From: Desulfomonilia bacterium
GTDB taxonomy: Bacteria; Desulfobacterota; Desulfomonilia; UBA1062
Direction: 5' to 3'
Assembly (NCBI GenBank): GCA_963664325.2
Contig: CAXXDQ010000008.1
Span: forward strand, 256,001 to 320,000
DNA: 64,000 bases
Of the stretch, positions 11,810 to 21,402 are shown piece by piece; position 1 is the first letter of the stretch; each line of letters opens with the position of its first letter. Made by a program: the position numbers and the translations under genes. The notes below the pieces were generated by a model that was not told the origin of the DNA, did not search any database, and was given only the letters and a program-made list of their open reading frames with translations.

Positions 11810-13633
11810 GTGCATATGAGGAGATATTCAGGCCTGGTATTATTTGTTGTTTTGGTTTCCATAGTCCTTACCGGATGTCCCAAGCTGGGTTATATCCCTT
11901 GTTCAATTCAGATTATAAGTCCTGTCAGGGGAAGCGTACTGTCCCCAGATGCGGGACCTGTAACCATAACCGGCAGAGTCGTAAAAGGGGACAGCGATCC
12001 CTGGATTCTAAAGGTCAACAACAAACAGATTGTTTTCGATCAGGCTACCGGCAATTTTACCTATTCTTTCCAGCCTAATACTGCATCGATCTTCAACACC
12101 ATTGTATTTACGATCATGGACAAAAAACTGGTGTCCAACATTGAAAGGGTATCATTTCCGGTCGGTAAGTCGATGAAGGTCGGAGATCCCGGAGTGGTTA
12201 ACGATGCATTAAGAGTTCACATGGACCAGGATCTGCTTGATCTTGCAACCGCGCAAATAAGTGATGTGCTAAATTCAGTAACCAGGCCACTTGTATATGG
12301 TCCTGTTGAAGACAACGAGTTACTCGCCATGCTCGGAATAACAGAGCCTCTTCTTGTGAACCCGATATCCATTAGCTTGAATCCGTTTGGCGTTCTTAAT
12401 ATTGACAAAGATGAGCCAAATCCCAGATGGAATGGGCAAATAAATATCGGCAACATAAGTATCGTTCCAGATATCGTCGCCGGAAACAAGATAATGGCTT
12501 CGGTTATCATATCTCCAACCGAAGGAGTGGACCCGGACAGAACAGCCGCTTTGTACATCCAGGGATACCATTGGAATCTCATACAGACTAATCATTTCGC
12601 TTTAAGTATCAAGCAATTAAAGGTGGAAAATGCCGAGATATCTCTGTACATGAATGAAGACGGCACGATCGGAGCAAAGCTGGATCTGACAAAAGGCAAT
12701 ATTGTTATCGGCCTGATAACTACTGACTATGGCTATCTGGAGATGCCAAACTACCTGCTCACTGCGCTTATTAATGTCGTCATCAAACAGTATCTAATGG
12801 AAAGCCTTTCCATAAGTTTTGACCTGATGAACGTTTCCGACCTGAACCTGAACCTGCTGGACATCAACATGGGTATATGGCCCATGTATTCCAGTATCCT
12901 GACGACAACTGATGATGATTTGAATCTGGACCTCGGGATATCTGCGGTTTACGCCGGGTTAACACCTGCAGTTCCGGGCCTGGATACTTTCTATGCCACT
13001 CCGGGGGATGTCCTGCCGGCCCTTGATAAAGTCGAGGATGAAAACATAATGATTGCAGTCAGCGATGACATGATGAATCAGACTATGGTTGCGTTGATAC
13101 AGACAGGCATGTTGAACAATCTCAATTTGGATGATCTTATCTCTTCTCTGACTTCAGAGCCGGCACAGATGACTGTATCGTTGCTGACTCCTCCTGTCAT
13201 GGATTTATCAGGCAAAAAGCCTGCGATATTTACCGACAAAATAACCAGTCTGGGCTGTGTCCTGGTAAGAGACCTGCTCGTCGAGGTGAGGTTGAAGGCC
13301 GGAATTATGCCTCTTGTACTCAGGCTTAATATCGATGCTGACGCATATCTTATGCTCAAAATCAAGGAAACAGGAAACATAGGCGTCACCATCGATCCTT
13401 TGAGAACAAACTTTAACATTAAAATCCTTTATCTTAACGGCTTGAACACTTCTTTGGTGCCTGGATTCGGAAGGCTTATTTTCAACGCTGTCCTTCCGCC
13501 ACTGCTTGATTCCATGCTTGACATAGCTCCGCCGGCGATTGATCTTATCGGAAAGAACATCAGCATTCAGGTTGTCGGCACTGAAGCGAAAGACAACTTC
13601 CTGGTTGGAAGGGCAAAGATTGTAGTCAACTGA
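11810..13633 (+). CDS. Hypothetical 607-aa lipoprotein (Ig-like N-terminal region, possible BPI/TULIP-like body)
   Basis: Signal peptide with lipobox LTGC; GGAGG near the start; followed by a terminator. Fold guess is by eye only. Confidence 0.7.
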   Translation: MHMRRYSGLVLFVVLVSIVLTGCPKLGYIPCSIQIISPVRGSVLSPDAGPVTITGRVVKGDSDPWILKVNNKQIVFDQATGNFTYSFQPNTASIFNTIVFTIMDKKLVSNIERVSFPVGKSMKVGDPGVVNDALRVHMDQDLLDLATAQISDVLNSVTRPLVYGPVEDNELLAMLGITEPLLVNPISISLNPFGVLNIDKDEPNPRWNGQINIGNISIVPDIVAGNKIMASVIISPTEGVDPDRTAALYIQGYHWNLIQTNHFALSIKQLKVENAEISLYMNEDGTIGAKLDLTKGNIVIGLITTDYGYLEMPNYLLTALINVVIKQYLMESLSISFDLMNVSDLNLNLLDINMGIWPMYSSILTTTDDDLNLDLGISAVYAGLTPAVPGLDTFYATPGDVLPALDKVEDENIMIAVSDDMMNQTMVALIQTGMLNNLNLDDLISSLTSEPAQMTVSLLTPPVMDLSGKKPAIFTDKITSLGCVLVRDLLVEVRLKAGIMPLVLRLNIDADAYLMLKIKETGNIGVTIDPLRTNFNIKILYLNGLNTSLVPGFGRLIFNAVLPPLLDSMLDIAPPAIDLIGKNISIQVVGTEAKDNFLVGRAKIVVN

Positions 13634-13664
13634 TCAAGTAGAACGTTAACTTGAGAAAAAATAG

Positions 13665-13701
13665 AAACCGCCGGTGTCTCCCGCAGACTCCGGCGGTTTT
13701 C
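13665..13701 (+). terminator. Rho-independent terminator (possibly bidirectional)
   Basis: GAAACCGCCGGTGTCT-CCCGC-AGACTCCGGCGGTTTTC hairpin between convergent genes. Confidence 0.8.
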
Positions 13702-13810
13702 TGCAAGGATTGCTTGTACGTACCGGCAGTAACGGTAATTTTTGCCGGGCAGGATTTCTGAACTAATAGAAAAATCACCAGGGGTGCAAAATCCTTATTG
13801 CTTTAAAAAA

Positions 13811-14440
13811 TTATTCGAATTGATCTTTAAATTTGTTAAAGGCGGTCTTAAGTTCTTCTAGTTCCTTTCTTAATGCTGCGATCTCCGTGGTGATTTCATC
13901 CGCAGCGAAGTGCATGTTGGATTCGGGAGGTGCCATGTCGCTAATTTGAAGTGCCGGTTCTCCACAAAGAAGATGGGTAATGCGTTGCTCTTTCTGTCCG
14001 GGTTGCCTGGGAAGTCTGGTGATCAATCCTTTCTCATAAAGGGTTTCCATGGCGGCATTCAGGTCGTCATGTGAATGGAAGGTGTGCATTTTTTCAGCAT
14101 TGACTTTCAATTCACCGGGAGTCTGAGCTCCCCTGAGCATAATCGAGCTGATCAGGGCAGCTTCAGGATATTCCAGATTCATGGATTTCAGAAAATTTTC
14201 TTCATATTTAGGTGCACGCCCGAGAGTGCTCTCCCATGCAAGCCTTCTTAATATAAGGCCTTTAATTGCCGAAAGGACATTCTCCTCGGTATATTCCGTG
14301 ACCGGATTACGGCTGGTTTTCTGGTTGCAGGCAAGTGTCAGCGAATTCAAGGTCAAAGGATAATAATTGGGCGTTGAAAGTTTTTTTTCAACAAGAGAAC
14401 CAAGGATCCGGACTTCAATGTCGGTTAGAAGGTGATTCAT
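13811..14440 (-). CDS. YceH/UPF0502 (DUF480) family protein
   Basis: RILGSLVEK..STPNYYPLTLNSL..ACNQKTSRNPV, LRGAQTPGEL and HLLCG motifs. Confidence 0.9.
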   Translation of the reverse strand: MNHLLTDIEVRILGSLVEKKLSTPNYYPLTLNSLTLACNQKTSRNPVTEYTEENVLSAIKGLILRRLAWESTLGRAPKYEENFLKSMNLEYPEAALISSIMLRGAQTPGELKVNAEKMHTFHSHDDLNAAMETLYEKGLITRLPRQPGQKEQRITHLLCGEPALQISDMAPPESNMHFAADEITTEIAALRKELEELKTAFNKFKDQFE

Positions 14441-14466
14441 TCGGGTGTCAGAATGACCTGCTCAAA

Positions 14467-14874
14467 TCAGCACGGGATATCCCTGCCCAACTGCGAAAAC
14501 CATTCTCGGGCAGCCTGCTCGGAAGTTATTGCCCGGCCTTCGTTTTTCTTTATGTCTGTCCTGTAATTTTCGATGAGACATATCTGTTCGAACATAACCC
14601 TCTTGGTATCACCAACAATATCATGAAATTTAATACCCACCTCATAAAATGAATCAGAATGATGACACCATATGACAGAGGCAAAAGTTTTAAATAACGG
14701 GCTTGTATAAGGGATATGGACGATAATGTGTGTGCCTGACTGGAAATGGTAATGTGATTTGAATGAGAGCCCGCCAAGGCTGACGTTTCTGAGCTGCCCT
14801 GTTTTATTGACAGGCATACCGTAACCGTAATACCTCAAGGGTATTTCTGTGTTGCGTCTTGCATGCTGCCTCAT
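14467..14874 (-). CDS. PilZ domain protein
   Basis: RQHAR (RxxxR) and NVSLGG (NxSxxG) c-di-GMP-binding motifs; VGIKF. Confidence 0.85.
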   Translation of the reverse strand: MRQHARRNTEIPLRYYGYGMPVNKTGQLRNVSLGGLSFKSHYHFQSGTHIIVHIPYTSPLFKTFASVIWCHHSDSFYEVGIKFHDIVGDTKRVMFEQICLIENYRTDIKKNEGRAITSEQAAREWFSQLGRDIPC

Positions 14875-15244
14875 TGGTTCCTCTCCTGTAGCCTTTTTCA
14901 GTAAAAATAATATCGGCTGTGCAAAAAAAATAATTAAGGCATTATATTAAGATCATATAATGATATCCATAATGCCTGGTTCAATAGGCTATTTTTAATG
15001 GAGTTTTTGTTAATAACCTTCTCCAAAATAACTGAAAGTGATTCAACCGTCTGCATTTTAAAAACGGCTGCGCCATCAATATCTCAAAGATATTCGTTCA
15101 CAGATTTTTCAACATGTACGATCACATTGCCAAGTCTGAAAATGCATGTCACACTAATGAATATTTTCAGCCATGTGCAAAATGTGTATTAATGATAATA
15201 ATAACAGAATCATCAAATGTTAACAACCCTTGGGAGGTTGAATC

Positions 15245-15664
15245 ATGGGTGTTGAAATTTCTATTGATTATCAGGGAAGTCTGCATTGCATAGCAAAACA
15301 CTCTGTTTCAGGAGAAAGCATCATAACGGATGCACCTCTTGACAACGGCGGCAAGGGGGAAGCGTTTTCCCCGACCGATCTTGTAGGAGCAGCGCTCGGG
15401 ACATGTATAATTACAGTCATGGACCTTGTTGCCCGGCGTTCAGGGATAGATCTTGCCGGTACGAAAGTACATGTAATTAAAGAGATGACGTCAATCCCGA
15501 TAAGACGCATCGGCAAACTTACGGTTACTCTCGATTTCCCAAAGGGACTAAGTCTATCTGAAGCAGACAGGAAGAAACTTGAAAAAACAGCCCATGCGTG
15601 CCCTGTAAAGCAGAGTCTTCATCAGGATGTTGAGGTTGAGATTAATTTCAGTTATCCAGGATAA
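15245..15664 (+). CDS. OsmC/Ohr family protein
   Basis: TDAPLDNGGKGEAFSPTDL..ALGTC and ACPVKQSL. Confidence 0.9.
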   Translation: MGVEISIDYQGSLHCIAKHSVSGESIITDAPLDNGGKGEAFSPTDLVGAALGTCIITVMDLVARRSGIDLAGTKVHVIKEMTSIPIRRIGKLTVTLDFPKGLSLSEADRKKLEKTAHACPVKQSLHQDVEVEINFSYPG

Positions 15665-15706
15665 AAACTTGACTATCGAGTTCAGTCACATAATCAAAGG
15701 GCAGTT

Positions 15707-16360
15707 ATGGATATAATCAGACTGTTTGAAAAAAGCGATCTTTTTACCGGTATGGAAGGGGAGCTTAAAAACCTTCTCAATGCCGGATCTGTAATAAACA
15801 TATCACACGGTGAGCTGCTTTTTACAGAAGGTGAACCCGGAAAACATTTTTTTCTTCTGATCAACGGGGGGATAAGGCTATTCAAAACATCTCCTGCGGG
15901 ACAGGAGGTCGATATCAGGCTGGTCAGATCAGGAGAAATATTTGCCGAGGTGATACTGTTTGAAAAAGATATGTATCCTGTCAGTGCAATGGCCGTTATG
16001 CCGAGCTCTGTTTTTGCCGTCAACAGGACTGCATTCAATGACCTGCTTACGGATGAGCCTTTCAGAAAAAAGTTTATTACCAATCTGATGCAAAAGCAGC
16101 GCTATCTTGCTGAGCGAATCGTATACCTGACATCATATGACGTTGAAGAAAGGTTCTTCCGTTTTCTCCTTGATCATTACGGTCGTTTTGAGGAAATCCG
16201 GATCGACATGTCCAAGAAGGACATTGCATCTGCAATCGGGACAATTCCCGAAACGTTTTCAAGGTTGATTGCGAGACTTAAAAATCACGGTGCAGTGGAA
16301 TGGGAAGGAAACCGTCTGAAGGTAAGTCCGGAATGGTGGAAAATGTATGAAGGCGAATAA
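15707..16360 (+). CDS. Crp/Fnr family transcriptional regulator
   Basis: cNMP-binding-type domain (LFTEGE, GEIFAE) and HTH IASAIGTIPETFSR. Confidence 0.9.
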   Translation: MDIIRLFEKSDLFTGMEGELKNLLNAGSVINISHGELLFTEGEPGKHFFLLINGGIRLFKTSPAGQEVDIRLVRSGEIFAEVILFEKDMYPVSAMAVMPSSVFAVNRTAFNDLLTDEPFRKKFITNLMQKQRYLAERIVYLTSYDVEERFFRFLLDHYGRFEEIRIDMSKKDIASAIGTIPETFSRLIARLKNHGAVEWEGNRLKVSPEWWKMYEGE

Positions 16361-16382
16361 TAATAAATTTTCCGCTTTATAA

Positions 16383-17813
16383 TTACAACTTCTCCCAGGT
16401 CGTTCCTTCAAGGGAGTCTTTCAGTTGTATACCTTTATCCTTAAGCATGTTCCTGATTTCATCCGCGCGTTTGAAATTCTTGTTTTTACGGGCTGCATTC
16501 CTTTCCTTGATAAATGCCTCAATGTCAGATTCGGTGAAGCCTGCCTCAATCAGGCCGGAATGTTTCATCTTTTCAAGGAATGCGGAAGGTTCTTCTTCAA
16601 GTATTCCCAGTACATCATTGATCAAGCTGACTGCTCCGGACATGGATATCTTGTCCATCGGCGTCAGAGATGAAGATTCATTTATTGTTTTGTTGACTGC
16701 TGTTGTAAGTTCATGAATGCAGGCTATTGCTCGCGCTGTGTTGAAATCGTCACACATAGCCTCGTCAAAACCTGTAATGAAGGTCTGTACAGTCTCTGTC
16801 AGCTTGGGTTCTCCTGAAATCTCGGGCGAAAGGCGGACACGCTCAAGCATCTCATAAAATCGGATAAGGGCCTGTCTCGATATTTCGAGGCCTTCCTCCG
16901 AGTAATCAATAGGGGTCCGGTAATGACTGGAAACAAGCATAAGCCTCAACACTTCGGGATGGGTAGTTTTTGTGATCTCTCTGATAGTGAGAAAGTTTCC
17001 GAGCGATTTGCTCATTTTCTCACCATTGATTGTTACAAAGCCGTTGTGAATCCAGTACTTGACGAAGGTCTTCTCATAAACACCCTCGGACTGTGCAATC
17101 TCGTTTTCATGATGCGGGAACATCAGGTCCTTGCCGCCGCCGTGAATGTCGAGCTGGGGTCCCAGATAATGAGTGCTCATGGCGGAGCACTCTATGTGCC
17201 AGCCTGGCCTGCCCTGAGACCACGGGCTTTCCCAATAGGGTTCTCCGGGCTTGCTCTTTTTCCACAGGGCGAAATCAAGCGGGTCCTCCTTGCTTTCATC
17301 GATATCAACTCTTGCCCCAGCAATCATCTCTTCGAGCCTGCGGCCGCTCAGATAGCCGTAAGGCCGGAATTTTGACACCCTGTAATAAACACTGCCGCCT
17401 GATTCATAGGCAAGCCCTTTATCGATAAGGATTCTGACCATTTCAATAATCTGAGGGATGTGCTCGGTGGCCCTGGGTTCGATGTCGGGTTTTTTTACCC
17501 TGAGGATGTCCATGTCTTTTGAAAATTCATCGATATACCGTTCTGCAAGATTCTGTGATGATACGCCTTCTTTGTTGGCGCGCACGATTATCTTGTCGTC
17601 CACGTCTGTATAATTGCGTACATATGTCAGGTCATAGCCCTTGTGACGCAGAAAACGTGACAGCACATCAAATACGATCTGGCTTCTGGCATGTCCGATG
17701 TGGCACATATCATATACGGTCATCCCGCAGACATACATGCCTACCTTGTTGCCGTTAAGAGGTTTGAACTCTTTTTTCCTTTTATCAGGTGTCGAATATA
17801 TCTCCAGGGCCAT
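16383..17813 (-). CDS. cysS: Cysteine--tRNA ligase
   Basis: CGMTVYD, HIGH, PGWHIECSAM and KMSKS. Confidence 0.98.
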   Translation of the reverse strand: MALEIYSTPDKRKKEFKPLNGNKVGMYVCGMTVYDMCHIGHARSQIVFDVLSRFLRHKGYDLTYVRNYTDVDDKIIVRANKEGVSSQNLAERYIDEFSKDMDILRVKKPDIEPRATEHIPQIIEMVRILIDKGLAYESGGSVYYRVSKFRPYGYLSGRRLEEMIAGARVDIDESKEDPLDFALWKKSKPGEPYWESPWSQGRPGWHIECSAMSTHYLGPQLDIHGGGKDLMFPHHENEIAQSEGVYEKTFVKYWIHNGFVTINGEKMSKSLGNFLTIREITKTTHPEVLRLMLVSSHYRTPIDYSEEGLEISRQALIRFYEMLERVRLSPEISGEPKLTETVQTFITGFDEAMCDDFNTARAIACIHELTTAVNKTINESSSLTPMDKISMSGAVSLINDVLGILEEEPSAFLEKMKHSGLIEAGFTESDIEAFIKERNAARKNKNFKRADEIRNMLKDKGIQLKDSLEGTTWEKL

Positions 17814-17818
17814 TTATA

Positions 17819-18301
17819 CTAATCCTTTCTTTCTTCAATAAGTGCGACTGCCTGTGCCGCTATTGCTTTAGAACTGCCGATCTCACCAAGGCCCTCGTGC
17901 GTTCGGAACTTGATAGAAACCTGTGATTTGCTTATTCCTGCGGCATTTGAAATCTTTTCTATCATTGCATCACGGTATCCGGAAAGCCTCGGTTTTTCGC
18001 AGATGCAGCTGCAATCTATATTGGAGATCGTGTAGCCTTTTTTCGCATTTTCAGCAACCGCTTCAAGCATTCTCAGTGAATAAATATCCTTCGTTTCCGG
18101 TGAGGTGTCAGGGAACATAAGACCTATATCACCCATTGCAAGTGCGCCAAGTATTGCATCACATATGGCATGTATAATGACATCACCGTCAGAATGGCCC
18201 AGAAGGCCTTTTTCGAAAGGGATAGTCACTCCGCCAAGTATAAGCGGCCTGCCTTCAACGAGTCTGTGAATGTCAAACCCTGTTCCGATTCTGAAAGGCA
18301 T
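17819..18301 (-). CDS. ispF: 2-C-methyl-D-erythritol 2,4-cyclodiphosphate synthase
   Basis: GFDIH, GHSDGDV..HAICDA and GDIG..FPD. Confidence 0.96.
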   Translation of the reverse strand: MPFRIGTGFDIHRLVEGRPLILGGVTIPFEKGLLGHSDGDVIIHAICDAILGALAMGDIGLMFPDTSPETKDIYSLRMLEAVAENAKKGYTISNIDCSCICEKPRLSGYRDAMIEKISNAAGISKSQVSIKFRTHEGLGEIGSSKAIAAQAVALIEERKD

Positions 18302-18968
18302 AAATCGCCTCCGCCAAGATTATGTCTTCCGGGAGCGTTATCTTTATGTTGAAACGCTCTCCTTCTGTTATTTTAACTCTTCCGCCTGATTCCTCGATTA
18401 GGATGCTGTCGTCGGTCGGTATATATTCTCTTCCAATGGCCTTCTTATGCGCGCTAATTATCTTTTCCATTTTGAATGCCTGAGGTGTCTGAACAGCAAA
18501 GAGGTATTCACGAGGTATGGTTTTCCTGATAAAACCATTTTCGGCAATCTTGATTGTATCTATGACCGGCAAAACCGGGATACATCCGTCGGCATCCTTT
18601 GTCCCTTCAATAACCCTTTGGATAAGGGAGGCTGTTACGAAGGGTCTCACGCCATCATGGATAAGCGCGATATCACAAACACCTGCCGCATTGAGACCGT
18701 TCATGACAGAGTCAGACCTTGTCTTACCGCCAGATACCACTCTGATTTCATTTTTGAATTCCTTGAGCAAGGTTTGTGCTTTATCGATATCTTCATCCGG
18801 TACTACAACGATAATCCTGTTTATATGAGGGACGTCAAATGCCCTAACGGTTATTTTAAGGACGCTTTCTCCCGCAAGTTTTATAAACTGTTTTTTTCCT
18901 CCGAACCTTTTGCCGCTGCCGCCTGCTACGATTATCGCACTACAGGTTTCCATTCTTTGAAGAGGCAA
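18273..18968 (-). CDS. ispD: 2-C-methyl-D-erythritol 4-phosphate cytidylyltransferase (start may be the internal ATG at 18953)
   Basis: AGGSGKRFG..KQF, IHDGVRP, QTPQAF and NIKIT.PED. Confidence 0.95.
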   Translation of the reverse strand: MPLQRMETCSAIIVAGGSGKRFGGKKQFIKLAGESVLKITVRAFDVPHINRIIVVVPDEDIDKAQTLLKEFKNEIRVVSGGKTRSDSVMNGLNAAGVCDIALIHDGVRPFVTASLIQRVIEGTKDADGCIPVLPVIDTIKIAENGFIRKTIPREYLFAVQTPQAFKMEKIISAHKKAIGREYIPTDDSILIEESGGRVKITEGERFNIKITLPEDIILAEAIYAFQNRNRV

Positions 18969-19926
18969 ATATCATACGTCCCGCAGGTGTTTGCAGGATC
19001 GAGGTTACGACTGCTTCGATTTCTGTATTCAGGAGATTCTCTCCCTGTTCAATTACGACCATCGTCCCGTCATCAAGATATGCAACGCCCTGTCCTTTTT
19101 CCTTGCCCTGCTTTGTCACTGTAACCGTGAGTGTCTCGCCCGGAAGAACGATAGGCTTAATGGCATTTGCCAGCAGATTTATATTAAGAACATTAACACC
19201 CCTTATCTGTGCAACTTTGTTCAGGTTAAAGTCGTTTGTCAGAATATCGGCATCAAGGTCTTTTGCAAGAGAGATCAGTTTTGAGTCAACCTCTTTAATC
19301 TTTGCATATTCACTTTCGTTTATCTCTATTTTTATATTCGGGATAGTCTGAAGCTTGTTGAGCACATCAAGACCGCGCCTTCCTCGGGCCCTCTTCAGAC
19401 CGTCTGTCGAGTCAGCTATATGCTGCAGCTCATTCAGAACAAATTGCGGTACAATTATCTTGCCCTCTATAAAGCCTGTGGAGCAAATATCAGGTATCCT
19501 GCCGTCGATTATAACGCTTGTATCGAGAATCTTTGAGCGGGGTACTCCTGTATTTTTCTTTCTTGCAAAAACGGGAAGGTTCCCTAATTCTTTACCCCAT
19601 CCAACGCCTATCGAATATCCCAGGTACCCGAAAATAACGTTTAAGATAAAGAAGATGTAAATCCCGCCCGAAACCTTATCGAGAAAATTATATCCGATGA
19701 GTGTTCCTATGATCAGCCCGAGAATTGTGCAGAGAAGTCCTCCAACATATGCCATTGGATGCAATGAAAATCCTTTTATTTCTGAAATAACAATCGACCC
19801 GAAGGATAAAAGTCCTATGGCAGGGAATATAATCATCCAGTACCATTCATTCATGTTTTGCTGGGCATAGGTGTAGGTGCCATAAAAAATAATTACTGCG
19901 ATGGCTAATCTGATTACCCACTTCAT
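18940..19926 (-). CDS. PIN/TRAM domain membrane protein (YacL family)
   Basis: Four TM segments; KILDTSVIIDGRI, TNDFNLNKVA and GVAYLDDGTMVV. Confidence 0.93.
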   Translation of the reverse strand: MKWVIRLAIAVIIFYGTYTYAQQNMNEWYWMIIFPAIGLLSFGSIVISEIKGFSLHPMAYVGGLLCTILGLIIGTLIGYNFLDKVSGGIYIFFILNVIFGYLGYSIGVGWGKELGNLPVFARKKNTGVPRSKILDTSVIIDGRIPDICSTGFIEGKIIVPQFVLNELQHIADSTDGLKRARGRRGLDVLNKLQTIPNIKIEINESEYAKIKEVDSKLISLAKDLDADILTNDFNLNKVAQIRGVNVLNINLLANAIKPIVLPGETLTVTVTKQGKEKGQGVAYLDDGTMVVIEQGENLLNTEIEAVVTSILQTPAGRMIFASSKNGNL

Positions 19927-19947
19927 GTCAGTTCATCCTGAAAAGTT

Positions 19948-20433
19948 TCATTCCTTGCCAAGGGCATCCGTAATCTTTTTCTCGACCGCTGTTTTATCCA
20001 GTTTTCTGGAGATGAAGATTTCGTTGACCAGCAATGTTTTGGCCGTATCATACATCTTGCGTTCGCCGAAAGAGAGATCTTTTCCTTTTTTCAATATATT
20101 GAGGTCCCTTAGTACCTCAGCAATTTCCGTCGCATTACCGCTTTTAATTTTTTCCATATATTCCCTGTAGCGGCGGTTCCATGTCTGGTTGTCAATTTGA
20201 ACGTCCTTTTGCTTTAAAATGTTATATACCTTTTCAATCTCGGCCTTGCCTATCAAGGGTCTTATTCCGACATTATTAATGTTGCTTACAGGAACCATAA
20301 CCGTCATCTGGGTATCAAGGACTTTCATTATCATGAATGAAAGCTTAGTGCCTGAAATATCTCTTTCTTCGATGGATTCGATCTCAGCTACACCATGAGC
20401 GGGATAAACGACCACATCATTAACTTTGAACAT
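19948..20433 (-). CDS. carD: CarD/CdnL family RNA-polymerase-binding transcription factor
   Basis: MFKVNDVVVYPAHGV, WNRRYR and LSFGERKM. Start moved to ATG 20433 because of its RBS and upstream promoter. Confidence 0.93.
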   Translation of the reverse strand: MFKVNDVVVYPAHGVAEIESIEERDISGTKLSFMIMKVLDTQMTVMVPVSNINNVGIRPLIGKAEIEKVYNILKQKDVQIDNQTWNRRYREYMEKIKSGNATEIAEVLRDLNILKKGKDLSFGERKMYDTAKTLLVNEIFISRKLDKTAVEKKITDALGKE

Positions 20434-20458
20434 GTCTGATTTTCCTTTCAATCTGAAA

Positions 20459-20487
20459 ATAATACCAAACGCTGGGAAATAAGTCAA
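20459..20487 (-). promoter_or_regulatory. Sigma70-type promoter of the carD operon
   Basis: Minus strand TTGACT-17 nt-TATTAT with an extended -10 TG. Confidence 0.65.
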
Positions 20488-20544
20488 TATAACCCCTGGC
20501 GGGGCTCTTGACTTTAGCACCTTTGATATGAGAATCATGAATAC

Positions 20545-21399
20545 ATGAAATATCCGAATATCGATCCGGTTCTTGTTAATATTTGGGGGCCATTGCAGAT
20601 AAGATGGTATGGACTGATGTATGTTATTGGTTTCGTCATAGCCTTTCTAATCGTAAACGCCGCTTCAAAGAGAAGAGAAAATGGTTTGTCAAGAACTGAT
20701 ATTGAGGATCTGTTTGCCTATTCGATTGCCGGACTTATTATAGGCGCACGTGTGGGGTATTGCATTATCTATGATTTTTCATATTACATGAGCAGGCCGC
20801 TTGAGTTCATTATGCCATGGAAGGGAGGTATGTCTTTTCATGGAGGATTTGTAGGTCTGCTTTTAGCAGGCTATATTTTTGCTAAAAGAAGAAATAAAAA
20901 CTTCATGATGCTTGCGGATATGGGTGCACTCAGTGCTCCGCCAGGTCTTTTCTTCGGAAGAATTGGAAATTTCATAAACGGCGAACTGTATGGACGCATC
21001 ACGGATGTTCCATGGGGAATGATATTTCCCGGGGGTGGTCCGCAGCCAAGGCATCCATCTCAACTGTATGAAGCATCCCTTGAAGGTATTGTACTTTTTA
21101 TTATAGTATACGGACTTAGTTACAAAACAAAAGTTCATGGTGTAATACTGTCGGCATTCATTTTCTTTTATGGACTGTTCAGGTTCATATTGGAATTTTT
21201 CAGGCAGCCGGACATCCAGAAGGGATTCGTATTAGGTCCTTTCAGCATGGGACAGGTTCTTTGCTTTATGATGATGGGGATGGGAGTCTATATCTTTTTC
21301 TATGCAAGGACTCATAATGAACCTGAAAAAGCTGTATCCCTGAAGCAGACTGTCGGCAGACAGAATCAGTCAAAAAAGAAAAAAGTAAAACCAAGATAA
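20545..21399 (+). CDS. lgt: Prolipoprotein diacylglyceryl transferase
   Basis: IRWYGLMY, GGMSFHGG, GRIGNFINGEL.GR and RHPSQLYE. Confidence 0.97.
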   Translation: MKYPNIDPVLVNIWGPLQIRWYGLMYVIGFVIAFLIVNAASKRRENGLSRTDIEDLFAYSIAGLIIGARVGYCIIYDFSYYMSRPLEFIMPWKGGMSFHGGFVGLLLAGYIFAKRRNKNFMMLADMGALSAPPGLFFGRIGNFINGELYGRITDVPWGMIFPGGGPQPRHPSQLYEASLEGIVLFIIVYGLSYKTKVHGVILSAFIFFYGLFRFILEFFRQPDIQKGFVLGPFSMGQVLCFMMMGMGVYIFFYARTHNEPEKAVSLKQTVGRQNQSKKKKVKPR

Positions 21400-21402
21400 T
21401 TT

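Noticed and set aside
14940-15240. Short ORFs on both strands between the PilZ and OsmC genes
   Set aside because: No motifs; AT-rich divergent intergenic region.
16383-20433. carD-PIN/TRAM-ispD-ispF-cysS as a novel system
   Set aside because: This is a well-known conserved neighbourhood.
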